Shown piece after piece: positions 52,427-63,234 of a stretch of DNA of 64,000 nucleotides (positions within the stretch are counted from its first letter, which is position 1; each line of letters opens with the position of its first letter). The DNA lies in the NCBI RefSeq assembly GCF_963921235.1, contig NC_086102.1:22568001-22632000 (forward strand). The letters run 5' to 3'. The notes beneath the pieces were generated by a model that saw only the letters and a program-made list of their open reading frames with translations, did not search any database and was not told where the DNA came from. The position numbers and the translations under genes are program-made. Source of the stretch: Mobula hypostoma. Lineage: Eukaryota.

Positions 52427-53228
52427 CAGAAACATAGAAAACCTACAGCACAATACAGGCCCTTCGGCCCACAAAATTGTGCTGAACATGTCCCTACCTT
52501 AGAAATTACTAGCCTTACCTATAGCCCTCTATTTTTCTAATCTCCATGTACCTATCCAAAAGTCTCTTAAAAGACCCTATCGCATCTGCTTCCACCACTG
52601 TTGCTGGCAGCCCATTCCACGCATTCATCACTCTCTGAGTAAAAAACTTACCCTTGATATCTCCTCTGTACCTACTCCCCAGCACCTTAAACCTGTGTCC
52701 TCTTGTGGCAACCACTTCACCCCTGGGAAAAAGCCTCTGACTATCCACACGATCAATGCCTCTCATCATCTTATACACCTCTGTCAGGTCACCTCTCATC
52801 CTCCGTCGCTCCAAGGAGAAAAGGCCGAGTTCACTCAACCTATTCTCATAAGGCATGCTCCCCAATCCAGGCAACATTCTTGTAAATCTCCTCTGCACCA
52901 TTTCTATGGCTTCCACATCCTTCCTGTAGTGAGGCGACCAGAACTGACTACAGTACTCCAAGTGGGGTCTGACCAGGGTCCTATATAGCTGCAACATTAC
53001 CTCTTAGCTCCTAAATTCAGTTCCACGATTGATGAAGTCCAATACACTGTACGCCTTCTTAACCACAGAGTCAACCTGCGCAGCTGTTTTGAGCATCCTA
53101 TGGACTCGAACACCAAGATCCCTCTGATCCTCCACACTGCCAAGAGTCTTACTATTAATACTATATTCTGCCATCGTGTTTGACCTACCAAAATGAACCA
53201 CCTCACATTTACCTGGGTTGAACTCCAT
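52427..53228 (-). mobile_element. CR1 3' fragment, tail-to-tail with the preceding copy
   Basis: LQLYRTLVRPHLEYCSQFWSPHYRKDVEAIEMVQRRFTRMLPGL. Confidence 0.9.
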
Positions 53229-53269
53229 CAGAATGCACTGAGTGGATTGCTCAAGGCTGGCATTATTTG

Positions 53270-53560
53270 TCATATGTACTTTGAAACACACAGTGATATG
53301 TGTTTGCATCAAATCAAATCAGGGAGGACTGTGCTGAGCAGTTCATAAACGTTACTACGCTCTGGTGCCAACATAGTATGCCCACAATTCACTAATCCTA
53401 ACCGTGTGTATTTGGACTGTGGGAGGCAACCAGAGTAACAGGAGGAAACACACATGGTCACGGGCTGAACGTATAAACTCCTTACAGACAGAAGCAGGAA
53501 TTGAACCTGATCTTACATCAGGGGCTATAAATCAATTGTGCTAACCGTTACTCTACCATG
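53270..53560 (-). mobile_element. V-SINE (HE1-type); a shorter copy lies at about 54100-54255
   Basis: ttggactgtgggagg...ggaggaaacacac...ggaattgaacct...gctaaccgtt. Confidence 0.7.
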
Positions 53561-53616
53561 TGGTTATATACCTCCTGGCTGGCCACTTTAAGGGGTACTG
53601 AAGAGTGGGTCTAAAA

Positions 53617-53689
53617 TCTCCTAACCTGGGTCCACAGCCCATTTGCCGAACGGTATTGGACAGTAGCATAAAAAGGTTGAGAATCCCTG
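53617..53689. mobile_element. About 80-bp hAT micro-MITE in a CR1 tail
   Basis: Right TIR aggttgagaatccctg followed by gtctagag; gtctaaaa on the left. Confidence 0.65.
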
Positions 53690-54788
53690 GTCTAGAGACT
53701 CATATGGACCAGACTAGATGAGGAAAAGCAGATCTTCATCCCTCATATGGGGCTTGCTTAGATGGCCGTCTTGGTCAGCATGGATGAGATGGGCAGAAGG
53801 GCCTTTTTTCATGCTGTATTGTTCTGTGACTCTATAAGGATGGCAACTAGTTTTCTCATCATGCCTTTTAATTCCATATTTAATATCTAAATTTAAATTC
53901 CCCAGCTCCCAGGATGGGATTTGAACTCATGTCCACAGGTCAGTCATTCCCGGCTTTAAGAACGAGTATAGTAACTTAATCCAGTATTAATCTGTGATGC
54001 TCAATTTGCTGCATTTGTTCTAAATCCTAACATTCTTTGATGTATGTGTTCTATTGCAGTACACCCTCCACTACAAACTGAAAGCGAACACAACTAGAAA
54101 TATTTATTATTATTGAGATACAGTGCAGAATAGGCCCTTCAGCCCTTCGAGCCGCACCACCCAGCAATCTCCCAATTTAATCCCAGTGGCAGGAACTGAA
54201 CCTGGGTCACTGCTACTGCGAAGTGTTGTGCTAGCTACTACGCTGCCGTGCCACTCCTAGTAATAACTAACTAGTAATACCTGCCACCCCTAGTAATAAA
54301 AAGCCATTAATAGCTCAGTTCTTCAGTTTAACTTGTATCCAACAACGATAGCTACTTGGAACAGTACGATTATTGCCATGGAAGGAAAAAGGGCAAATAA
54401 TTTCCACGAGAGGAGGAGCTAAATAGTCCGCTAATACCTTTTACTGGCTTGTTAACGGAGAGAGGAATATTGCTCAGAAGTTTTGGGAGATCTCTTGGTT
54501 CCCGTATGAATAGCGTTATGGAATGTTTTGTGCCCAGTCGATGAACGAACCAAGTGGAACAGCCTCCTCACATCAGTTGTTTAATTGTTCACCACAGTCT
54601 GTGGGTGGATATGGCAGAGCTGCAGGGCTCTGACCTGATCTGTCAGCTGCTCCAGGCAGTCATGTAGGAAATAAAATACTTTGGGTGAGAAAGAATATGA
54701 AGGTTAGGAATTAGATGAAGCAACTCGAGAGAAAGCTTCTGTGCAGTATAAATCCTACCACAGGATGGCTATTAATACATTGTAAATT

Positions 54789-55340
54789 TACTCTCAGTGG
54801 CCACATTAGTACTTGTACACCTGCTCGTTAATGCAATCATGTGGCAGCATCTCAATGCATAAAAGCATGCGGGCATGGTCACAAGGTTCAGTTACATAAG
54901 AGATTCTGCAGATGCTGAAAATCCAGAGTAAAACATACTCAGCAGGTCGGACAGCATCAATGGAGAGGAATAAACAGTTTATGTTTTAAGCAGAGACCCT
55001 TCATCAGTTGTTCAGACCAAATGTCAGAATGGGGAAGAAATATAATGTAACAGACTTTGACCATGGAATAATCATCGGCAGCAGGCTGGTTTGAGTATCT
55101 CAGAAACTGCTGATCTCCTGGGATTTTCATGCACAACAGTCTCTAGAGTTTACAAAGTCTAGAGTTCTGTGCATGTAAATGCCTTGTTAATGTGAGAGGT
55201 CAGAGGAGAATGCCTAGACTGGTTCAAGCTAACAGGAAGACAACTAACCTAAATAACCACGTGTTACAACAGTGGTGTGCAGAAGAGCATCTCTGAACGC
55301 ACAACATGTCAAATCTTGAAGTACCTAATAAAGTGGTCAT
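54789..55340 (+). mobile_element. Tc1-derived element interrupted by a Penelope pLTR fragment (about 54896-55006, -)
   Basis: TIRs ctcagtggccac / gtacctaataaagtgg; insert ctgcagatgctgaaaatcc...gacccttcatcag. Confidence 0.8.
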
Positions 55341-55630
55341 CAACTATGTATAATCATTTAGATGGATAAATTATGAATTGAACTATGTTTTTCACCTATC
55401 TGGAATGTATAAAACTTCTAAAATATTTTGATTCACTAGCTCCTTCACACTTAAGCTGTGATTTTGTACTGGTGCCATCTGCTTTCTTCCAGCTCTGAGA
55501 AAACAACAATCTTTTCCCTTACTCCCTGCCGCTCAGAAATCCACATCTACTTTTTCCAACCAAAATCCTTCACCGAGGTAGTGGCAGCATTTAGCTATTT
55601 AATAATTTCATTTTGTATTTATCATTCAAG

Positions 55631-55728
55631 GAAAATGTCAATGAAGAAACCCTTTGAGACGACTGCAGATGGTGTGGAAAACATGGGAATGTCAACTGAA
55701 AGTGTATATGATTTGCAGTACCCTTCAG
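55631..55728 (+). CDS. IGSF5: IGSF5-like cytoplasmic exon (KMSMKKPFETTADGVENMGMSTESVYDLQYPS, phase 2-1)
   Basis: Splice sites attcaag| and CAG|gtaagc; frame-compatible. Contains G-x-E-N-x-G, like the GNENSG motif recalled from mammalian IGSF5 tails. Confidence 0.8.
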
Positions 55729-55923
55729 GTAAGCACTCATGGGGTGTTACATTCACAGGTGAAAAACTGTTCCTCCCTCCTTCTCCTGCTGCCTCCAACC
55801 TTGATTTGGAGTCCTAATTTGATACTTCCAATATATTGCATGACACAGTCCAGTCAATGGTTGCCATGGCAACATCATTTAAAGAAGTGGAAAACACAAA
55901 ATGGTGCCTACTTCTAACCTCAG

Positions 55924-55983
55924 CAGGAGTGGAAACTGGAAGGAGAGTCATGAATTATGTTAAGTTATTCCATTTGCATTCAG
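55924..55983 (+). CDS. Candidate further cytoplasmic exon (AGVETGRRVMNYVKLFHLHS, 60 nt, phase 1-1)
   Basis: Acceptor cttctaacctcag|cag (NAGNAG), strong donor CAG|gtaaat, open in the required phase. No homology support. Confidence 0.4.
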
Positions 55984-57093
55984 GTAAATAAGACAGTAAT
56001 CCTACAGTTATTAATTTAGTAAATTTTTCAAAAAGTTAGAAGATGTTTAACTAACTGGAATTCAGAAGAATGAGGGGTGACCTCATTGAAACTTTTCGAA
56101 TGGAGAACGGCCCTGACAGAGTGGATGTGGAGAGGATGCTTCCTTTGGTGGGAGATTCTAAGACCAAAGGGCATAACGTCAGAATAGAGGGGTGTCCTTT
56201 TAGAATGGAGATGAGGAGGGATTTCTTTAGCTAGAGGGTGGTGAATCTGTGGAATCTGTTGCCACAGGCAGCTGTGGAGGCCAAGTCTGTATGGCAGAGG
56301 CTGATAGAATCTTGATTGGTCAGGGCATGAAGGGATATGGGGAGAAGGCAGGATATTGGGGCTGAGAGGAAAAATGGATCAGCCATGATGAAATGGTGGT
56401 GCAGACTCGATGGACCAAATAGCCTAATTCTGCTGCTATATCGTATGATCTTATGATCTAAAAGAATGAGAGAAAAATGCATTAATAGAAACAGATTGAT
56501 TACAAAACCAAGGAAGTTTTAACAAAACTAGCACCAGCCTACCTACCATCAAGGACATACAGTTAGTTACTGCCTGTTACATCATTGTTGTGTAGGGCAG
56601 CTTTTATGCTGTTTCCATAACCATTTTTTTTAACCAGTCAGGGTTGTTAGCCCTGAGCTGAGCCTGGAGGGCCAGTGGACTACTCTTAGTCTGGCCTCTA
56701 CCCTATCACGTGGGTGACCCTATCAAGAGTCACAGCACAAGGCCCTGACTCCAGCCAACATAGCTCCCCTGGTCATTGAGGTAGACTAGCCTCCAAACAC
56801 TGTGACATGGCTATGGTCCTCTTGGAGGACCAGGGACATCCAGTATATACAGAAAGGTGCTGGTAAAAGGCCAGCAATATCTTGAAGAATCCTACCCACC
56901 CATCTCATGGACTGTTTGTCCCACTCCCATCACAGAAGAGACTACGCAGCATCCATTCCAGGACCACCGGACTCAAAAACAGCTACTTCCCCCAAGCCAC
57001 TTGGCTGATCAACAACGCCACCCATTAACCCACCCCACCACCATTGCATACACATCACCTAGTGTCACTTTATGTGCACACAATCGGTCTGTG

Positions 57094-57670
57094 CACTATC
57101 AGTGGCCACTTTGTTAGGTACCTCCTGCACCTAATAAATTGGCCACTGAATGTATGTTCATGGTCTTCTGCTGCTGTAACCCATCTACTTCAAAGATCAA
57201 TGTGTTGTTCATTCAGAGATTCACTTTTGCACACCGCTGTTGTAATGTTTGGTTTATTTCAGTTACTGTTGCCTTCCTGTCAGCTAGAACCAGTCTGGTC
57301 ATTCTCCTCTGACCTCTTTCATTAAGCTGTTTTCTCCCACAGAACTCGATGTTTTTTTTTGTTGTTTTTTTTTTGCACCATTCTCTGTAAACTCGAGACT
57401 GTTGTGTGTGAAAATCCCAGGAGATGACCAGTTTCTGAGATGCTCAGACACCGAAACCACCTTGTCTGGCACCAACGATCACTCCACGGACAAAGTCACT
57501 TGGATCACATTTCTTGCCCATTCTTCTGTTTGGTCTGAACGACAACTGAACCTCTTGATCATGTCTGCCTGCTTTTATACATTGAGTTGCTGCTACATGA
57601 TTGGCTGATTAGATATTTGCATTAATGAGCAAGTTTACAGGTGCACCCAATAATGGAGCCACTGAGATTA
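57094..57670 (-). mobile_element. Tc1-derived element with a terminal TIR hairpin
   Basis: cagtggccactttgttaggtac-ctcctgc-acctaataaattggccactg at 57100-57149. Confidence 0.85.
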
Positions 57671-59384
57671 TGTCCGGTGGTCCTGGAATGGATGCTGCGT
57701 AGTCTCTTCTGTGATGGGAGTGGGCTAAACAGTCCATGAGAAGGGTGGGTAGGATTCTTCAAGATATTGCTGGTCTTTTATCAGCACCTTTCTGTATATA
57801 CTGGATGAGCTACTCGTACATTGCTTTTATATTTACATTTATTGTTCTTTTTTTTTGTGTTCTTTATATATTTTTTGTATTTTTAATGCTGCATTGGATC
57901 CAGAGTAACAAAAATTTTGTTCTCCTTTACACCCATGTACTAAAGAACGACGATGGATCTTGAATTTAAACCTTCCTTCTAAACAAAACCAAAACTGAAT
58001 GCAGTGCTATAAGTGCAACTGAATAAAACTTTGGCTAGGCCGCATTTGGAGTACTGTGTTCGTTTCTGGTTGCCACAGTACAGGAAGGTTGTCGAGGACT
58101 TGGCAAGGGGGCAGAGTGCTTCACCGGGTTATTGGTTGCATTAGAGGGTATTAGCTCGAAGGAGAGGTTGGACGGAGTTGGATTGTTCTTGCTGCAGTGT
58201 CGGCGGCTGAAGGGAGACCTGACAGAAGCTTATAAAATTATGAGAGGCAAAGGTAGGGTAGACAGTCAGAGTCTCTTTCTCAGGGCAGGAACATCAAATA
58301 CTGGAGATCATAGATGTAAAGTGGGGGTGGTGGGAGGGGGCTAGTTGAAAGGAGATATCAAGGACAAGGGTTTTTATACCAAGAGTGGCAAGCACCTGGA
58401 ATGTGCAGATGGAGGTGGTGGTAGAATCAGACATGGAAGTGACATTTAGAGAGACACATGCACACGGAGAGATTGGGGAGATATAGATTCTGTGCAGGCC
58501 GATAGGAGTAGATTTATTTAACGTTATAGAACAAAGAACATAGAAGAGACACTTTGCCCCACAAGATTGTGCCGACCTTAAACCTAATCTAAGATCAACA
58601 TAACTCTTCCCTCCTACGTAGCCCTCCATTTTGTTCAGCACAGATATCGTGGACCGAAGGGCCCGCTCCTGCTCTGCATTGTTCTATGTTCTCTGCTAAG
58701 CTACAACTCAGTCTTCCTTTGGAACTCTGCACGTTACATTTAAGGTAGAAAGTGTATGAAGATATTAACTAAAATGGTGTCAAAGGTGAGGGTCTTCATT
58801 TGCTTGGAAACATTAGGGATTCAATTTAAAGGGCTCAATATTGTTACTTTGAGTAAGTAAGTCAAGTCAAGTTTACTGTCATTTAACTGTATACATGTAT
58901 ATAACCATATAATGTATATAGAAATGAGACGACGTTGCTCCAAAGGGTTAATCATTAAAGGACACAGTAATAAGGTCACAAGCTCCAGAAGTGAGATAAG
59001 AAGTAGTTACTTGTTATTATTTGGAGTACATTGCTGAAAGGGTGAAGATTGTAATGACTTACAAAAGGAGTTGTATAAATATGCAAAGGGGAAGCATTAC
59101 AGGAAAGGGTAGGGCTAAATATAAATAGAGCAGGTCAAGAACAAGGTGGAAGAGTAGTTAGGTTATTGTACTAGCAACCAATGACCTGAACAATGACCCA
59201 GAAACATATTCTTTAACTACAGTCTGGTATTATTAATGAAGAACTCAAACCTACTAGATTATGGTTCGTGAGTTGTGGGCACGGTATAATGGTGCTGGAA
59301 GCAATTCCTAGCTCAAAACTTGCTGATTTGATTTGACACAAACAACGTATTTCACTGTATATTTCGATGTACGTGTGACAAGTA

Positions 59385-60000
59385 TGAGGGGTGATTGATA
59401 AGTTTGTGGCCTAAGGTAGAAGGAGTCAATTTTAGAAAATCTGGCACATTTATTTTTCAACATAGTCCCCTCTTACATGTACACACTTAGTCCAGCGGTC
59501 GTGGAGCGTACGGATTCCTTCTGAAGTGGTCCTCAGCAGGGGTGATTGATAAGTTCGTGGCCTAAGGTAGAAGGAGATGAGTTATTAACTTCAAGTTTTC
59601 TGCGTTATCACTCAATGAGTTGAACTGCACGTGCGTGTAATGAGAGTGTCTTGGACCTCCAGGTCCACAGCAGGGGTGATCGATAAGTTCGTGGCCTAAG
59701 GTAGAAGGAGATGAGTTATACAGCTCCCGTTACATGCACATGCAATTAAACTCTTTGAGTGATTATGCAGAAAGCTTGAAGTTAATAACTCATCTCCTTC
59801 TACCCTAGGCCACGAACTTATCAATCACCCCTGCTGTGGACCACTTTCTGGAGGTCCAAGACGCCAACTTCTACAAAGAAGGGATCCATATGCTCCACGA
59901 CTGCTGGACTAAGTGTGTAAATGTAGGAAAAATAAATGTGCTAGGTTTTCTAAAATTGACTCCTTCGACCTTAGGCCGCGAACTTATCAATCAGCCCTCG
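59385..60000. mobile_element. Fold-back mariner MITE (616 bp, TA duplication)
   Basis: TA|TGAGGGGTGATTGATAAGTT ... AACTTATCAATCAGCCCTCG|TA; both arms carry the transposase C-terminus (EGIRTLHDRWTKCV..GDYVEK). Confidence 0.9.
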
Positions 60001-60804
60001 TAAAGCTCATCTGATCGTCATCAGCATTATGTGCCGAGTCATTTGACGTGGGTGATCATGGCTGTTGTTGACAAATATTTCTATAGAAGTGGTTTCCCAT
60101 TGCTGCCTCTGGGCAGAGTCTTACAAGACGGGTGACCCCAGCCATTGTTAATACTCTTCAGAGCTGTTTGCCTGGCGTCAGTGGTTGTGTAACCAGGACT
60201 TGTGATATGTACCACCCACATCCAGGCCAAGCAGGTGCAACATCTTGTTCAAAGGTGACCTACAGGCTAGCAGAGGGAAGGAACACCATACACCTCCTTT
60301 GATAGAGACGTATCTCCACCCCGCCACTCAACCTTATCTTAGATTGTCATGAAAAGCCTACAGGTCTATTAACATACTTATAGAGAGATCTAATCTGGCT
60401 TATGTGATTTCAGAACCGGTGGTTACTCAGAACATAGTACAGAACAGCACAGGGACAGGGCCTTTAGCCCACAATATCTGTGCAAAGCATGATGTTAAAT
60501 TAAACTAAATCTATCTGCCTGCACATGATCCATCTTCCTCATTCTCTATATGTTAACCTAATACTACCCTCAAAAATCCTCAGAGTAAACCATGCAGATG
60601 AAAGGCAAATGGAGGTGGTCAATAAATAATGCCTTTGGATGAACAACATAGCAACAGATAGCTCTTCCAAAGAACAGATGTTGGTACAGTAGGAATCAAA
60701 TTATCTCCTTCTCTGCTGCAATATCCTTTGACTTCATTCAATTCAATTGGCTGCTTTCCAAGACGGCAGTGATTGGGTTCAAAGAATCAAAGATTCAAAG
60801 TATA

Positions 60805-61560
60805 TTTAGAACATAGAACATAGAACGTAGAAAATTTACACCCACAATGTTGTGCTGACCATGAAGCCTACTTTAGAAGCTGTCCAGAATTTTCCTATCG
60901 CATAGCCCTCTATTTTTCTAAGCTCCATGTACTTATCTCTTAAAAGACCCATTGTAGCTGCCTCTACCACCCATCAGCACCGACCACTCTCTGTGTGAAA
61001 AGCTTCCCTCTGACATCCCCTTTGTACCTACTTCCAAGCACCTTAAAACTATGCCTCCTTGTGTTAGCCATTTCAGTTCTGGGAAAAAGCCTCTGTCTAT
61101 ATTCACGAGCAATGCCTCTCATCATCTTATACACCTCTATCAGGTCACCACTCATCCTCTGTCGCCCCAAGGAGAAAAGGCCAAGTTCACTTAACCTGTT
61201 CTCAAAAGTATGCTCCCCAATCCAGGCAATCCTTGTAAATCCTTTCTGCACTCTCTCTATAGCATCCACATCCTTCCTGTAGTGAGGTGACTAGAACTGG
61301 TCATAGTACTCCAAGTGGGGTCTCACTAAGGTCTTATATAGCTGTAACATTACCACATGGCTCCTGAATTCAATCCCATGGTTGAAGGCCATCATACCAT
61401 ACACCTTCTTAGCAACACTGTCAACCTGCACAGTAGCTTTGAGTGTCCTATGGACACAGACTCCAAGATCTCGCTGATCCTCCACACTGCCAAGAGTCTT
61501 ACCATTAATATTATATTCTGTCTCCAAATTTGACCTTCCAAAATGAACCACTTCACATTT
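60805..61560 (-). mobile_element. CR1 3' fragment
   Basis: MLQLYKTLVRPHLEYY, ENRLSELGLFSL...GDLIEVYKMMRG. Confidence 0.88.
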
Positions 61561-61665
61561 AAAAATGCAAACATGAGGAATTCTGCAGATGCTGGAAATT
61601 CAAGCAACACACATCAAAGTTGCTGGTGAACGCAGCAGGCCAGGCAGCGTCTCTAGGAAGAGGTA

Positions 61666-61703
61666 CAGTCAACGTTTCAGGCCAAGACCCTTCATCAGGA
61701 CTA
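61666..61703 (-). ncRNA. Minimal type I hammerhead ribozyme, GUU triplet
   Basis: Reverse complement reads tagtc-CTGATGA-agggtcttggcct-GAAA-CGTT^gactg. Confidence 0.75.
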
Positions 61704-62354
61704 ACTGAAGGAAGAGCTAGTAAGAGATTTGAAAGTGGGAGGGAGAGGGGGACATCCGAAATGATAGGAGAAGACAGGAGGGGGAGGGATGGAGCCAAGA
61801 GCTGGACAGGTGATTGGCAAAAGGGATATGAGAGGATCATGGGACAGGAGGCCCAGGGAGAAAGAAAAGGGGGAGGGGGGAAAACCCAGAGGATGGGCAA
61901 GGGGTATAGTGAGAGGGACAGAGGGAGAAAAAGGAGAGAGAGAAAGAATGTGTGTATATAAATAACGGATGAGGTATGGGGGGAGGTGGGGCATTAGCAG
62001 AAGTTAGAGAAAGTTAGCATGATGGCATAAACATTGACTTCTCTAACTTCTGCTAATGCCCCACCTCCCCCTCGTACCCCATCCGTTATTTATTTTTATA
62101 CACACATTCTTTCTCTCACTCTTGTTTTTCTCCCTCTGTCCCTCTGACTATACCCCTTACCTCTGGGTTTTTCCCCCCTCCCCTTTTTCTTTCTCCCTAG
62201 GCCTCCTGTCCCATGATCCTCTCATATCCCTTTTGCCAATCAACTGTCCAGCTCTTGGCTCCATCCCGCCACCCCCGCCCCCGTCTTCTCCTATCATTTC
62301 GGATCTCCCCCTCCCCCTCCCACTTTCAAATCTCTTACTAGCTCTTCCTTCAGT

Positions 62355-62392
62355 TAGTCCTGACGAAGGGTCTCAGCCTGAAACGTCGACTG
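62355..62392 (+). ncRNA. Minimal type I hammerhead ribozyme (Penelope-associated), intact
   Basis: tagtc-CTGACGA-agg(gtctcag)cct-GAAA-CGTC^gactg: complete core, stem I tagtc/gactg, 3-bp stem II, palindromic ACGT stem III, GUC cleavage triplet. Confidence 0.8.
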
Positions 62393-62519
62393 TATCTCTT
62401 CCTAGAGATGCTGCCTGGCCTGCTGCGTTCACCAGCAACTTTGATGTGTGTTCCCGTATTTGACTGCTACTTTTGTCCCTTATTTGGGAGTGAGAAAGTT
62501 GGCAACCCTACTTGAATAC

Positions 62520-62610
62520 CACCCCCTCCCCCCCCCCCCCGTCGGCCGGTCCGCAAGAATATTGTCGATATTAAACTGGTCCACGGTGCAAAAAAGGTTG
62601 GGGACCCCTG
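62520..62610. mobile_element. One end of a Charlie-type hAT MITE
   Basis: ...aaaaaggttggggacccctg is the reverse complement of the TIR CAGGGGTCCCCAACCT. Confidence 0.65.
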
Positions 62611-62619
62611 GGTTAGGCA

Positions 62620-62820
62620 GCATCTGTTTTGTGCTGACGGGTGCAACATGTCCAGATGGAAGACGTGCGGCTGTTCCTCAAGCTTACATTGGGCATCATT
62701 ATCGAAGTGTAGATGGCCATAGAAAGTTGGGTCTGAGTGAGTGGGATGGAGAACTAAAGTGGCAGGTAGCAAGGAATCATTCCTGTAGACTGATGCAGAA
62801 GGTGTTCTGCAAAGGTGGAT
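62620..62820 (-). mobile_element. Decayed Penelope GIY-YIG C-terminal fragment
   Basis: PATL.LHPTHSD..FYGHLHFDNDAQCKLEEQPHVFHL aligns with the C-terminus of ORF 46380-47123. Confidence 0.7.
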
Positions 62821-63234
62821 AATTCAAACTTGGTGACAATCAATGTGCAATTGTTACAGCAACTGATGATAGTCAAATCATAATTTGTATCCATTTACTA
62901 CATGCATTGTAGTAACAAAGGAGAAATTTATTAAAAATGCTTGTGAAAATATAACAATGTAAGCTGTTCTTGATATTGTTTCATGACCAGGTTTGACTTC
63001 ACCCTACTGGATTAATACATGGTCTGAAGACAAGAGCAGCAATATCTTGGAGGTAGGTAATGATGACTTGGTTAACATGATGCTTTCATGTATAATCAGT
63101 CGGCTAAATATCAAAGATCATGTCACGTCTGTCTGTTGGGAAAATAACAGCAAGATTATTAAAAGATATTTGGGTATGTTTTCAACAAAATGTGTAGGAT
63201 TATTCACAAATTTGAATCATTTAGATGTTGGTTA

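Larger units (their letters stand above)
61606..62452. mobile_element. Head-to-head inverted pair of Penelope pLTRs (about 850-bp palindrome)
   Basis: Arms about 61606-62013 and about 62037-62452 are reverse complements along their length; loop of about 25 nt; one hammerhead per arm. Confidence 0.92.

Noticed and set aside
54060-54100. Alternative terminal exon after acceptor ctattgcag
   Set aside because: In the required phase 2 it stops after seven codons (NTPSTTN*); no donor or homology.
58701-58759. Terminal IGSF5 exon ATTQSSFGTLHVTFKVESV*
   Set aside because: It is open in phase 1 and ends in Val, but the pyrimidine tract belongs to a CR1 tail and the acceptor is a weak TAAG. The end lacks the S/T at -2 of the PDZ motif expected for IGSF5, and 19 open codons are common by chance. 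The true last exon may lie beyond the window.
62453-62505. Harbinger-like element end (gttggcaacccta)
   Set aside because: Only one putative TIR is visible, with no partner or TSD.
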